From a bacterium (lineage in GTDB: Bacteria; UBA10199; 2-02-FULL-50-16; JAJFLM01), in NCBI GenBank assembly GCA_965216315.1, contig CBDCFN010000016.1, positions 1,856,001 to 1,920,000 of the forward strand: a DNA stretch of 64,000 nucleotides, written 5' to 3'. The notes under the pieces were generated by a model. The model was not told the origin of the DNA. It worked only from the letters and a program-made list of their open reading frames with translations, and ran no database searches. The position numbers and the translations under genes are program-made. Positions 31,766 to 42,191 of the stretch are shown piece after piece; position 1 is the stretch's first letter, and each line of letters starts with the position of its first letter.

Positions 31766-32656
31766 CTAAGGACTAGGAGTCAGGCTTTCACGGAGCCCCA
31801 GATCGGTAATTTTGCTCATGATTAATTCAACAATGCGGGCTCGCTCCTGCTCATCCTCTATTAAAGAGAGCAGACTCCGTGCCTCTTGAAAGGTCTCGAG
31901 GGCCCATTCCTCAAATTCAGCCATCGCAATGCCTGCAGCGGTTTCCGCGAGACCTGCGGCGCGCGCTGCAGGCTCGTCCAGCGTGCGCGCATATTCGATG
32001 CGCTCTTGCAATATCTTGACCGCCGACTCCATATCGCCGACCAGGGCCATCCCAACAGCACCTTTGGCATGCAGAGCAAATTCATCGCTAGCAACATTAT
32101 CCATCAAGGCCGCATAAAGAGGGCGCGCCCGGCTCCCAAGACGTGAGTTCATCAAAGAATCGGCTATTTCAGCCTGTGCCTGAGCACGTTCTGCCCCAGC
32201 ATTGATGCCCAAAACGCTCTGAATACGCGCCATTTCGGTGCTTATCGTCATATTCAATCCGGCTTCAATCATATTCACGATCTTCTCAGCATAAAGATCG
32301 ATTAACTCTTCTCTCGATATCTCTCGATTCCAAAAGCCCGCGAGCACCACCTCATGAATCGCTTTAGGCGTTTCCATCGGGTCATTTCCTACGGTCAGAT
32401 ACATATGGATGCGTTGAGCCGCCTTAAAAAAGGGCTCTCCTGAACGAATTTTGCGGGTCATAATGGAGCGAGGTTGACTGACGACTTCGATCACACGCTC
32501 CCAGGGCGCATCACGTTCAGTAAGGCCCTGTTCGACGAGAAAATTGTCGAGACGATTCAAAAAGCGGATTTCGACACTTGATTCGGTGGATGCAAGAATT
32601 GGAAGTGCCGCGCCCATCATCCCAGTGACGGCGCTGGCGGCGCTGAGTGCAAACAT
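31766..32656 (-). CDS. Hypothetical alpha-helical protein with Ala/Ser-rich N-terminus, inside the EMC cluster
   Basis: 296-aa ORF, TPR-like helical C-terminus, own upstream GCAACTT motif. Confidence 0.7.
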   Translation of the reverse strand: MFALSAASAVTGMMGAALPILASTESSVEIRFLNRLDNFLVEQGLTERDAPWERVIEVVSQPRSIMTRKIRSGEPFFKAAQRIHMYLTVGNDPMETPKAIHEVVLAGFWNREISREELIDLYAEKIVNMIEAGLNMTISTEMARIQSVLGINAGAERAQAQAEIADSLMNSRLGSRARPLYAALMDNVASDEFALHAKGAVGMALVGDMESAVKILQERIEYARTLDEPAARAAGLAETAAGIAMAEFEEWALETFQEARSLLSLIEDEQERARIVELIMSKITDLGLRESLTPSP

Positions 32657-32689
32657 GCCCTAACCTTTCCGAACGATACCCGCAGCACT

Positions 32690-32715
32690 TATCGCACACG
32701 CGCCAAAGAAGTTGC
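32690..32715 (-). promoter_or_regulatory. Recurrent motif GCAACTT-N14-CGATA
   Basis: Minus strand GCAACTT-CTTTGGCGCGTGTG-CGATA. Confidence 0.6.
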
Positions 32716-32744
32716 TCCTCAATATATCTTTAATTTATAGGCAG

Positions 32745-33914
32745 TTACGGCTTTTTTTTGATTAAAAGCCTTCTCTCGATTTCGAAGATTTTATCGGCGA
32801 TCTTTTCTTTGCCAGCGGCTTTCTTAGCCCCCTCCTTCATAAAGAGATCGGGTCCGTATTTTTCGACTGCTTCCGCTGCCGTAATATTCTTAACTCCAAT
32901 CAACTGAAACGAAACAATGCCGGCGTCGAGACCCTCGGGCCCCGGCTCGACAGAAAGAACCCGGCTGATCGCTCCGATCGTATCCCCCGCGAAAGCCGGC
33001 TGGGTGTGATAGCCCTCGGTATAGCCGAGATCCCACAACGCATTTTCCGAAACATCGCGACTGGCCAACCCACAGAGCCATGCAAAGACAAGCCCCCCAT
33101 AAACAATCGGCTCACCGCTCATCGGTCCCTTGCGGGATTTAGAGAAAAGGCGGTCATAGTGGAGTGGATGCGTATTCATCACTCGATACGTCCACGGCAC
33201 ATGTTCGTCGGTGATCGTCCGCCCGTTCTTATGAATGATGACATCACCGACCTCAAAGTCTTCAAAATAAGTCTTGGTCCCGGTTACATTTTTAGGAAGC
33301 AACCCCGGTATCGGGATCTGTAATTCAATATCATCCGTATCTTCAAAGCTTTCACCTGTCACGGTTGTGGGCGCTGATTTTTGACCCGCAGGCGCGACCA
33401 TAATTTTGCGATCATATTGCAGGACAAGTTCACTATTTTGGTTGAGGGCAATCGTTCGGACGGTCACAATACCTGGTTTTTCGCCGCGCTCTTTCCGCTC
33501 AAGCACCTTTGTCTTCGCCATCAAGGTATCACCGGGATAAACCGTCTGCAGGAAGTGCATATCGTAATAACCTAGGTTAGCGACGGCCTTTTCCGAATCG
33601 TTCTGCACACCCAACGAAAGCGCCAGATTCATGACCATCAGCGGGGACAAAGGAATATCTTTATAGCCATGGGCCTTGGCAACCTGCTCATTCAGATAAA
33701 TGGGATTGGTCTCCATAAACTCTTGGGCGAACTCAATGGCAAAAGCACGGTCAACGGTTAATCCCCGGGGATGCGTGAAAACCTCTCCCGGTTCGAAGTC
33801 TTCGAGGACGCGACCATATTGTGGCGCTTTCACTTTGTCCGGAACGGCAACCTGCTGATCTGGTGCTAACTCGGGGTGCTTCTTACTTACTTTCAATTTC
33901 ACTTCTTTTGCCAT
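32745..33914 (-). CDS. mch: Double MaoC (hot-dog) dehydratase, probable mesaconyl-CoA hydratase
   Basis: Two EDF-initiated MaoC domains, [22 protein letters not shown] context. Confidence 0.78.
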   Translation of the reverse strand: MAKEVKLKVSKKHPELAPDQQVAVPDKVKAPQYGRVLEDFEPGEVFTHPRGLTVDRAFAIEFAQEFMETNPIYLNEQVAKAHGYKDIPLSPLMVMNLALSLGVQNDSEKAVANLGYYDMHFLQTVYPGDTLMAKTKVLERKERGEKPGIVTVRTIALNQNSELVLQYDRKIMVAPAGQKSAPTTVTGESFEDTDDIELQIPIPGLLPKNVTGTKTYFEDFEVGDVIIHKNGRTITDEHVPWTYRVMNTHPLHYDRLFSKSRKGPMSGEPIVYGGLVFAWLCGLASRDVSENALWDLGYTEGYHTQPAFAGDTIGAISRVLSVEPGPEGLDAGIVSFQLIGVKNITAAEAVEKYGPDLFMKEGAKKAAGKEKIADKIFEIERRLLIKKKP

Positions 33915-33924
33915 TTCATATTCC

Positions 33925-35571
33925 TTATAAAAATTGCTTCAATAACGATGGAGCAATGACTCTAAGTGCGAGAACTTCTTCAGCCCCTTCAAAAATAGAG
34001 AAGACACGCGAGTCGACGTAGTAGCGACTGACGGGATATTCTTCCGCATAACCATATCCACCGTGAATCTGTAGGGCCTCCCGCGTCACCCATTCCGAGA
34101 TGCGCGACGCATAAAACTTAACCAGTGTCGCTTCCATTTGGCCTTCGCCTTTATCCATCAAACGGGCGCAGTGATAGGTCAACTGGCGGCAGGCCTGAAT
34201 AATCATCGCCATACGTGTCAGTTTCCACTGGGTCATTCCGTATTCAAAAATAGGCTTGCCAAAAACCTTACGTTCGTCTGAATAGCGCAGTGCCGACTCA
34301 AAGGCCGCCTGCATCACACCCAAGGCACGCGCTGCCGTCTGCAGACGCCCTGCCGAGAAACCCGCCATCTGCATATAAAAGCCCTTACCCAACCCTTCTT
34401 CACCGCCAATCAGATTTTCATCGGGCACAAAATAGTCTTCAAAGGAGACCTCATATGAGTGCATCCCTCGGTAACCGATCGTCGGGATCGCCTTACCTTC
34501 AATATGTCCGCCGCCCTCTTGATCATGTGAAAACTCGTGACCCTCAAAACGCGGCTTTTCAGCGATCAATATTGAAAAACCCTTGTGACGCTTCGACATA
34601 TCAGGATCCGTTCGGGCAAGAACCATGATCAGGTCGGCATAGCCGGCAAACGTACACCAAGTCTTAACGCCGTTGATCAACCAGCCACCTTCGGTTTTTT
34701 TGGCACTGACTTTCATGCCGGCAACGTCGGAACCATAATCAGGTTCAGTCGCGGCCACCGCGCACATTTTTTCACCCGTCGCCAGAAGAGGCAGCCATTT
34801 TTCTTTTTGCGCTTCCGTACCCCCCTTCATGATGGCCTTCGAAAGAATTTCGGGACGCGTAATCAAACTCCCTGCAATCCCCAATGAAGCCCGTGACAAG
34901 GCCTCCGTCACGACGATCATTGCCGTGTTATCCGGATTTTCATCATCCTGAAAACCATCATATTTCTGCGGGATAGAGAGGCCAAAACAACCCAGTTCCG
35001 CAAGGCCTGAGATTATCTCTTCCGGAATCAATAAATCTTCGCGATGAACTTTTTCCGTTATCGGCACGACATTATCCTCGCCGAATTTCCTAAACGTCTC
35101 GCGATACATCTCATGGTCTTCCGAAAGACCAAAAGCCCCGCCTCCTTTTTCTTTTACCAACTCAGCCGCGCGTTGATACTCTTGGGCATCAACAGCCCCG
35201 GCAACCAACTTGCTGATTTCATCATTCCAAATACACTGGCGAAGGAATTTTGTATCCACTCCGAATTCGGCGCTTCGGTTGGCGACTTTATCGGAGATAT
35301 GGTTGATCGTTTCCCCTAAAAAGAGGCTGGCTAAGCTCGTCTCGACATCACCGCCCTGCTCTTTCGCATAGGTGATGATTTGCTTAGCCGCGAGCAGTTC
35401 GCTGGCCATCCACGCATAGTCGTAAGCGGCAACTTGATTCTCATCGAGCTTGGCCGTGGCGATTTTGCCATCAACAGTGCACCGCTCTGCCATTGATTGA
35501 CCGATGGTCTCCAGCACTTTATCGGCAGCTGCAATGATTTTATCTGATTGCTCCAAGATTGCTGACATCAT
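33925..35571 (-). CDS. mcd: Acyl-CoA dehydrogenase with N-terminal extension, probable methylsuccinyl-CoA dehydrogenase
   Basis: [43 protein letters not shown]; 548 aa; EMC context. Confidence 0.8.
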   Translation of the reverse strand: MMSAILEQSDKIIAAADKVLETIGQSMAERCTVDGKIATAKLDENQVAAYDYAWMASELLAAKQIITYAKEQGGDVETSLASLFLGETINHISDKVANRSAEFGVDTKFLRQCIWNDEISKLVAGAVDAQEYQRAAELVKEKGGGAFGLSEDHEMYRETFRKFGEDNVVPITEKVHREDLLIPEEIISGLAELGCFGLSIPQKYDGFQDDENPDNTAMIVVTEALSRASLGIAGSLITRPEILSKAIMKGGTEAQKEKWLPLLATGEKMCAVAATEPDYGSDVAGMKVSAKKTEGGWLINGVKTWCTFAGYADLIMVLARTDPDMSKRHKGFSILIAEKPRFEGHEFSHDQEGGGHIEGKAIPTIGYRGMHSYEVSFEDYFVPDENLIGGEEGLGKGFYMQMAGFSAGRLQTAARALGVMQAAFESALRYSDERKVFGKPIFEYGMTQWKLTRMAMIIQACRQLTYHCARLMDKGEGQMEATLVKFYASRISEWVTREALQIHGGYGYAEEYPVSRYYVDSRVFSIFEGAEEVLALRVIAPSLLKQFL

Positions 35572-35579
35572 ATCCCCCT

Positions 35580-36587
35580 TTAAGCTGCCGCTGATTGATC
35601 CGCAAAAAACGCCTGCTCAACCTTTTCATCCAACTTAACACCTGTCAGATGGGCTTGTTGCACGAGTTCCCAGTAGTATCGATACGTGGCGCGGTCATGG
35701 AGATCACCCGCAAACTGCACCGGGCCCCAATTATTTTCTTGTGCTAACAACAAAATATCACCCGCTTTTTTAACTTGTGAATAGTCCGGGCGCATCGCAT
35801 CAACAATAGAATCAATCTGCGTGGGATAGATCGACCACATCCTCAAGAACCCAAAGTCATACCGCGCCCGACGTGCATCTTGGTATGTTTTATACTTGTC
35901 TTTAAGATCGAGCGTCACATTGTGTGCAGGAACGATTCCATTCGTTAAGGCTGCCGCCACAACAGTGGCTTTGGCACGACGTAATTGTTCATGTTCAAAC
36001 TGACCCGGTGATTTCATACAGCTATCGGGAATGGCGCCGTGAAAACCTGACACAAAGTCCATTAAACCGAAATCCAATACCTGCATCCACGGCATGGCCG
36101 CAATCTCAAAGGCATCCCGAAGGGCACCGTGCGTTTCGACCAAGACATGGATGGGAATTTCGCGACTGATGTTATTGTCCTTGGCGACCTGCTGAATGTA
36201 GCTGATCATCTCTTTGACCTGCTGGCCATTGGTCGGCTTGGGTATCGTAATGTAAGCGGTTGTTTCACCCGCTCCCGGAACGATGATGTCGACGTCTTGC
36301 TTCCAGTGGGGGTTATCGTAATCATGGATGCGGATCCCCGCCATTTTGAACTTGTTGGTCTCGGAATTGGCCATATCCACGACCATCTGGGCATGTTCTT
36401 TTTCTTTGCCCGTCGGTGCGCCGTCTTCACAGTCCATCGTGATATCGAAGACGCCGCCCTTTTTATCCTGCAGTTCGAAGGCCTTGTTGATCAGTTTTTC
36501 AGAGCCGGCAAAATGCTCACAGGTGGGAATGACGGGAAAAGGCTTCTCTCCCTTAAAAAGCGCGTCCTTGGGATGTGTCTTCGACAT
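35580..36587 (-). CDS. CitE/HpcH-family CoA-ester lyase, candidate malyl-CoA/beta-methylmalyl-CoA lyase
   Basis: DCEDGA, IPK, LVET, DFGLMDF, MWSIYPTQI; EMC context. Confidence 0.75.
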   Translation of the reverse strand: MSKTHPKDALFKGEKPFPVIPTCEHFAGSEKLINKAFELQDKKGGVFDITMDCEDGAPTGKEKEHAQMVVDMANSETNKFKMAGIRIHDYDNPHWKQDVDIIVPGAGETTAYITIPKPTNGQQVKEMISYIQQVAKDNNISREIPIHVLVETHGALRDAFEIAAMPWMQVLDFGLMDFVSGFHGAIPDSCMKSPGQFEHEQLRRAKATVVAAALTNGIVPAHNVTLDLKDKYKTYQDARRARYDFGFLRMWSIYPTQIDSIVDAMRPDYSQVKKAGDILLLAQENNWGPVQFAGDLHDRATYRYYWELVQQAHLTGVKLDEKVEQAFFADQSAAA

Positions 36588-36705
36588 GGTCTATCTCCTT
36601 AAAATATAATGGAATTTCTGCTATGAGCCCCTCATAGAGGGACGGCTAGTTCTAGCGAATTCTGACGCGCAATGTCAAGGCAGGGAACAGGCCACCCGGC
36701 GGCAA

Positions 36706-37116
36706 TTAATCATTGTCCTGAGAGAGCTCCAATAGCAGTCCGCCCGTTGATTTGGGGTGCACAAAGGCCACTTTCTTATGGTGAGCCCCAATGCGAGGAG
36801 TTTCATCGATCAGCTGGATACCGGCGGCTTTATAGGCCGCGATAGCCGCCTCAATATCATCAACCTCGACACAGACATGATGGATTCCACCGCGTCCCTG
36901 CTTGGCTATATACTTGCCGATCGGCCCGTCCGGAGATGTGGATTCTAGCAGCTCCAAATTGGACTCGCCGACACTAAAAAAGGCCGTCTTTACCTTTTGT
37001 TCGGCGACTTCTTCAAAGTGTTCGGGGCCCTTGCCCAGCAGTTGCGTGTAGCGCTCAACCGCCTCTTCAAGGTTTTCTACGGCAATTCCAATATGATCGA
37101 TCTTTTTAAACATCAT
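36706..37116 (-). CDS. mce: Methylmalonyl-/ethylmalonyl-CoA epimerase
   Basis: IDHIGIAV, LELLES, GIHHVC, FVHPKSTGGLLLEL. Confidence 0.92.
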   Translation of the reverse strand: MMFKKIDHIGIAVENLEEAVERYTQLLGKGPEHFEEVAEQKVKTAFFSVGESNLELLESTSPDGPIGKYIAKQGRGGIHHVCVEVDDIEAAIAAYKAAGIQLIDETPRIGAHHKKVAFVHPKSTGGLLLELSQDND

Positions 37117-37177
37117 TGATTCCTTATTTAATTAGTTGGACAGCTCCTGCCAGTAAGGTACTATAGACCTCTCGCAA

Positions 37178-38554
37178 ATGACCTATCAACAAAAAATCAT
37201 TCGAACGCTGCGCTGCAAGAATAAAAAGGCTATCGGCGTCTTCGCAAAATTGACGACAGCAATCTCTTCATTGGGAGGCGACATCGGTGACATTCGAACC
37301 GTCACGATGGGCCAACTCTATAATGTCCGCGATATCACCGTCGTATGTGATAGCCAACAACAACTTGACCATATCCTGACGGCCATCAAAGGATTCCCTG
37401 AAATCACCGTCGAACAAGTTATCGATGATGTCCTGCAATTACACCAGGGCGGTAAGATAAAGGTTGTGCCCCGCTATCCGGTCCAATCGATTGATGATCT
37501 ACGCCGGGTCTATACGCCGGGTGTGGCCGCCGTCTCTTACCTACTCAAAGAGGACCCCCAAAAAGCGCATCTCTACACGACCATTGGGCGCACGGTCGCA
37601 TTGGTAACCAATGGGACGCGTGTGCTTGGCCTCGGCGCCATCGGACCCGTTGCCGCCATGCCGGTTATGGAGGGTAAGGCCGCACTGTTTTGCCAATTCA
37701 CCGGCCTGCAGATGATCCCCATCCTGGTCGACACGACTAATAAAAATGATTTTATCAAGACCGTCAAAACCATCGCCTGCGGTTTCGCGGCCATCCAACT
37801 GGAAGATATCGCGACACCCGCCTGCTATGACATTGAAACCGAACTCGACAAGAGTCTACCCATCCCCGTGATGCATGATGACCAGCATGGGACCGCGGTT
37901 GTCGCGCTTGCCGCGGCACTGAATGCCTGCAAAATCGTCGGCCTTGATTTTAAACAGGCGAATGTGGGCCAAATCGGGCTAGGCGGTGCGGGGTCGGCAA
38001 TTAGTCGTTTGATCATGAGCTACACCGGCAAACCCACTTATGGCGCCGATCTCGGCAAATATGCGGTCAAACGCCATCAAAGCATGGGTGGCATCGCCTC
38101 AAGTCTGGAAGAAATCATGAAACAATGTGATCTCGTCATTGCCACGACGGGCGTGGGCGGCATCATCGATCCGGACACGGTTCGCAAGGGACAGGTCATC
38201 CTGGCCCTTTCCAATCCCCAACCTGAAATCGTCATTGAAGACGCGCTTGCCGCCGGAGCCGCGTTTGCTAGCGACGGCAGCCGCGTCAATAATCTCATTG
38301 GTTATCCCGGCATACTCAAAGGCGCGATTGACAGCCGCGCCAAATGTATCACTCAAGAGATGTACTTGGCGGCCGCTGAAATCATCGCGCAAAAAGCGCC
38401 TGATAAGGAATTGATTCCTGACCCGCTGGACCCATCGGTGCACAAAGCCGTCGCCAAGGCCGTTGCGCAAGCAGCCATCGGCAGCGGGGTCGCGCAAATT
38501 CTCCTCGATAGTGACTATTTTGATGAGCGGGGAGATCGAGAGATAGTTACCTAA
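37178..38554 (+). CDS. NAD(P)-dependent malic enzyme with N-terminal ACT domain
   Basis: [44 protein letters not shown]. Confidence 0.9.
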   Translation: MTYQQKIIRTLRCKNKKAIGVFAKLTTAISSLGGDIGDIRTVTMGQLYNVRDITVVCDSQQQLDHILTAIKGFPEITVEQVIDDVLQLHQGGKIKVVPRYPVQSIDDLRRVYTPGVAAVSYLLKEDPQKAHLYTTIGRTVALVTNGTRVLGLGAIGPVAAMPVMEGKAALFCQFTGLQMIPILVDTTNKNDFIKTVKTIACGFAAIQLEDIATPACYDIETELDKSLPIPVMHDDQHGTAVVALAAALNACKIVGLDFKQANVGQIGLGGAGSAISRLIMSYTGKPTYGADLGKYAVKRHQSMGGIASSLEEIMKQCDLVIATTGVGGIIDPDTVRKGQVILALSNPQPEIVIEDALAAGAAFASDGSRVNNLIGYPGILKGAIDSRAKCITQEMYLAAAEIIAQKAPDKELIPDPLDPSVHKAVAKAVAQAAIGSGVAQILLDSDYFDERGDREIVT

Positions 38555-39729
38555 TTCCCGGCATACTCGGCACCACCACGCGAGCGATACAAGACACCAA
38601 AATCGGGGGCTTGGCCGTTAACCGCACCACTCAGCCATTGGATCCGACCATTGTGTCTTACCGTCTCATAGACAAGGATTTCCCGCAGCGGAGCAATTGT
38701 TACGGGATCCCCATCATAGGGTGATTCCTGCTTGAATTTGTCCAGTATCGTGTGGGTTGATAAAACGACCGCACCGGATTCCGACAAATTCGGGTTGAGA
38801 ATCAGCGTATCAACTTGGCCCTCATTGATCGCACGGAACACTTTCTCACGATTGACACTGCCATATCCCTGAGAGATGCGCCCCAATGACAATTTAGCCA
38901 CATCATCATGTTCCTGCAATTCCTCATAGCGACGCAACGAATCAAGTCCGCGGCGAATCAATTGATTGGGGCTCACCCCATCAACGACATCTTCTCCAAT
39001 CAGTCGACGGGCGACTTGATCCGGAAGACTTTTTCTAAGCATCGGCAACTCCCGCCGCTGACCCAAGAGGACAAATTTCATGTCGGAATGACGTATCGCA
39101 ATCTTCTCGAGTTCATGTCCGACCTCTTTTAAGAAATGTTCAACATCCACATCGTGCTTCCGTTGAAAGCGGGCTTGCGACCATCCGCCCTGCTTATGAT
39201 GCGACCATATTTCGGTCTCCAATTTACGCTGATCAATCAAAAATCCTTCCATCAATTGGAAAATCTGCGCTTCTTCCTGTTTGAAAGAGCAAATACACAA
39301 AGGCTCATAGTCATCGCGTAGTGCTACCAGGGGGCCCAGCGCAGGCAGGCCTAACACATATGAGTTGTTAGGCAACGGCAGATAACTCGCATAACTCAAT
39401 ACATCCGCTTCTTCTTCAGAGGCAAAAAACGCAATCCCATGAAAACACCCTTTGTCTTTATCATTGAGGAAACTATCCGCCTGCTTGGCAATCGTCTGGA
39501 TTTTATTTTTCCATTCGCGACTTCGCGCCTGCAATTCACTAATCTCTTTTGAGCGCAAAGTATGGTCTAAAAAAATTCGAACGCGCTTGCGTTGTTCCAA
39601 ATCATGGCCATGAGATTGTAGATAAAGGGACAGTATCGACCTTTCCGGATCGACAGGAATTGATGAGAGTTTTCGGATCAGAGCACCCAAGGACAGCGTC
39701 GCTGTCTCATTTACCATAAGCGTCTCCAT
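38551..39729 (-). CDS. Bacterial archaeo-eukaryotic release factor-like protein (aeRF1 superfamily)
   Basis: ILSLYL, GIAFFA, HKQGGWSQARFQR loop, C-terminal eRF1-3-like GQVDTLIL. Confidence 0.75.
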   Translation of the reverse strand: METLMVNETATLSLGALIRKLSSIPVDPERSILSLYLQSHGHDLEQRKRVRIFLDHTLRSKEISELQARSREWKNKIQTIAKQADSFLNDKDKGCFHGIAFFASEEEADVLSYASYLPLPNNSYVLGLPALGPLVALRDDYEPLCICSFKQEEAQIFQLMEGFLIDQRKLETEIWSHHKQGGWSQARFQRKHDVDVEHFLKEVGHELEKIAIRHSDMKFVLLGQRRELPMLRKSLPDQVARRLIGEDVVDGVSPNQLIRRGLDSLRRYEELQEHDDVAKLSLGRISQGYGSVNREKVFRAINEGQVDTLILNPNLSESGAVVLSTHTILDKFKQESPYDGDPVTIAPLREILVYETVRHNGRIQWLSGAVNGQAPDFGVLYRSRGGAEYAGN

Positions 39730-39860
39730 TGTTTAGAGCTTCACGAGCCGGGTTGAAGGGAATTGACCTGGAAAGCTGAGGATTTAAACTGAAATAGTTC
39801 CTACGCAACAAATCCATGATAAGGCCGATTACGCGTATTGTCAAAGCCATAGCGCCTAGA

Positions 39861-39984
39861 GTCCCAAAATGAGACGCCCGCGCCCCATCCTGGGGTCCTG
39901 ACACCCCGAACCTGACCTCACTTTGACCATAACCTACTGTAATTATTGAATAATTTAATCATTCCACTTGGCATCTATCCTGCA
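39861..39984 (+). promoter_or_regulatory. sigma54 promoter (39969-39984) with phased upstream enhancer palindromes
   Basis: TGGCAT-CTATC-CTGCA; GTCCCA-AAA-TGAGAC (39861) and GCCCCA-TCC-TGGGGT (39882), 21 bp apart. Confidence 0.65.
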
Positions 39985-39999
39985 TGTATATAAGATGTC

Positions 40000-40788
40000 A
40001 TGTCGAACCCTTCGATGAAAAATATGTCGGTCCAATCCGGGCTCTGCCAGGATGCCACCAAACCGCGACAGACCAAGTATAGCCGGCAGGGCCGTGAAAT
40101 CTTCGGTTTCAACAACAAGCTGAATCAGGCCCTCCAGAGCGTCCCTCAAAACACGAGTCAGCGCATCGATCAGGCCATCAAATCGGCTTCCGCGAAATAC
40201 CGTGTGCCCGAGAATATGATCCGCGCCGTGATGAAACAAGAGAGTGCCTTCAATCCAAAAGCCACATCTCACTGCGGCGCCCAGGGACTCATGCAACTCA
40301 TGCCCGGAACGGCCAAAGAAATGGGCGTTAAAAACGCCTACAATATTGAAGAAAATATTGAGGGTGGCACCAAGTATCTTTCCCGCATGCTGAAAACTTT
40401 TGGTGGCAACAAGAAACTCGCCTTGGCGGCTTATAATGCCGGTCCCGGCGCCGTCATGAAGTACAATGGCATTCCGCCCTACCGCGAAACTCAAAACTAC
40501 GTCCAACGCATCACGGCTAGCATGGAGCGCGGCACAGTGCGCATTCCCGAAAATTTACCGGATGCCCCGGGCGCGCCGACTCAAGTTCCCGCAATTCCGC
40601 AAGCGGATACATTGGTTGCGAATTACACGCCCGTCAATGAGATATCCGGGCCTTCACAGATCCAGGCAAGTGATATCCTCATGTCATCGACAATTCGAAA
40701 TGATATGACTTCAAAAGTGAATGAATCGCGTGAACGTGCAGATGAAGCCCCTGCAAAGGAAATCCCTTCACACGCTCTTTTTGTTTAG
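40000..40788 (+). CDS. Lytic transglycosylase (SLT domain)
   Basis: KQESAFNP, GAQGLMQLMPGTA, ALAAYNAGPG, PPYRETQNYV. Confidence 0.92.
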   Translation: MSNPSMKNMSVQSGLCQDATKPRQTKYSRQGREIFGFNNKLNQALQSVPQNTSQRIDQAIKSASAKYRVPENMIRAVMKQESAFNPKATSHCGAQGLMQLMPGTAKEMGVKNAYNIEENIEGGTKYLSRMLKTFGGNKKLALAAYNAGPGAVMKYNGIPPYRETQNYVQRITASMERGTVRIPENLPDAPGAPTQVPAIPQADTLVANYTPVNEISGPSQIQASDILMSSTIRNDMTSKVNESRERADEAPAKEIPSHALFV

Positions 40789-40804
40789 AGCAGACACTTA
40801 CAAA

Positions 40805-41203
40805 TCAATGCACTTGGCTGGATGGCATGCCAACAAGCTGACTGAGTTGTCTAAAAACAAAGTCGAGAAAGCGTTTCTTGTCATCTTCTTCGATATAACG
40901 AATGATCGCACCGACTTCGTAACTTGAGTCCGAAATCTGATTCTGCCAGACAACTTCACAACTTGCCATAACCGGTTCACTATCCTGTCCTTCTATCGTG
41001 ATTTCTAGATCCAGGGTCGCACCATTGTCCAAGGGTGTTGGCGTCATGAGGCGAATACCGGTCGCGCTAATATCACTGCTCATCGCCTCAGCCATTTCGG
41101 TGACCTCACCACTTTCATCACGAACCACGTAATTGACTGAGAGTGCTATATCCAGGCGTGCATAGCGGCGTCGTTCGATTGGAGACTCTACTGATTGAGC
41201 CAT
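40805..41203 (-). CDS. PilZ-domain protein
   Basis: ERRRYAR and DISATG motifs; SD GGGAGG. Confidence 0.88.
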   Translation of the reverse strand: MAQSVESPIERRRYARLDIALSVNYVVRDESGEVTEMAEAMSSDISATGIRLMTPTPLDNGATLDLEITIEGQDSEPVMASCEVVWQNQISDSSYEVGAIIRYIEEDDKKRFLDFVFRQLSQLVGMPSSQVH

Positions 41204-41267
41204 CAACTTCCTCCCTTAATGGGGGAGAGAGTTCTTCCCCCCTGACTATTATTTAATCAGTAATAAG

Positions 41268-41294
41268 CATCGGCAACATAGTCAAGATAGTTGC
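41268..41294 (-). promoter_or_regulatory. Recurrent motif GCAACTA-N15-CGATG (PilZ gene)
   Basis: Minus strand GCAACTA-TCTTGACTATGTTGC-CGATG. Confidence 0.55.
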
Positions 41295-41396
41295 GTTATC
41301 CGCCGGATTAGCGGGTTGAATTGGGGTCTTCGGCGTAACTAATTGATATTGCTTAATTTTTAAAGGGATTTTCTCCCCGCATTTCGCTAAAACAAC

Positions 41397-41423
41397 GCAA
41401 CTTCCCCCTTGAAAATGCCGATA
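41397..41423 (+). promoter_or_regulatory. Recurrent motif GCAACTT-N15-CGATA
   Basis: GCAACTT-CCCCCTTGAAAATGC-CGATA, containing sigma28-like GCCGATA. Confidence 0.62.
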
Positions 41424-41465
41424 TATAGTGATGGAGGAGTGCCTTAAGCACCGAGAAAAGCAACT

Positions 41466-42179
41466 ATGAGCCGCATTGATAAACTCGAATTGAATCTACG
41501 CAATATGGGCAGTGCGCTGCGGCGTACAGCCCGCGGTGGGGCCTCGCGCCATGCGGGAGAAATTCAAAAAAGTTTTGGTGAGAAACCACCGAAACAGGCG
41601 GACATTTCCAGAGACCCGGAGCTCATGAAACTTTTTAGTCAACGCGGGCTCATTGGTTGGCTTGAAGAAAAGATCAAACGCGCCTCCCGTCACCAAGGTA
41701 AAATTATTCCGGCAGAGGACATTACCGCCATGGCAATGCCTCACATCCCCGGGAGACAGGAAGGGAATAAAGTCTTTCTTGGGGTTGAATTTGCGCGCAA
41801 GAATCAAGACGACCCTGACTTGATTGCGGGCGTTCTTTCTCACGAATGGGGACATCTGATCAGTGATTTTCTCACCGGCCTTGACCCTGAAAACATGGGC
41901 CTCAACGAAATCTTTTCGCTCCGTCGCGAAGAAGAAACCTATGCCGATGCATACGCGGGAAGACTTCTTCAACTCATTGGACACAACCCCGACGGACTGC
42001 TTCGTCATTTAGAAGCGCATGATTGCAGCTCAGCCAAATACTTCAATTTTGAAGTTCGCAAGGCGATCATCTTAGCGGCTTATGAAGCCCAACTTAAACA
42101 AAAAGAAACGGCTGCCAAAATATTCGCCCCGCAAGGGCAACGCCATTCTCTCAATGCGCGCCTGATCGCCGTCGCCTAG
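41466..42179 (+). CDS. Hypothetical zinc metalloprotease-like protein (HExxH, M48-like)
   Basis: VLSHEWGH and EETYADAYA third-ligand-like motif. Confidence 0.65.
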   Translation: MSRIDKLELNLRNMGSALRRTARGGASRHAGEIQKSFGEKPPKQADISRDPELMKLFSQRGLIGWLEEKIKRASRHQGKIIPAEDITAMAMPHIPGRQEGNKVFLGVEFARKNQDDPDLIAGVLSHEWGHLISDFLTGLDPENMGLNEIFSLRREEETYADAYAGRLLQLIGHNPDGLLRHLEAHDCSSAKYFNFEVRKAIILAAYEAQLKQKETAAKIFAPQGQRHSLNARLIAVA

Positions 42180-42191
42180 CCTTACTCATTT

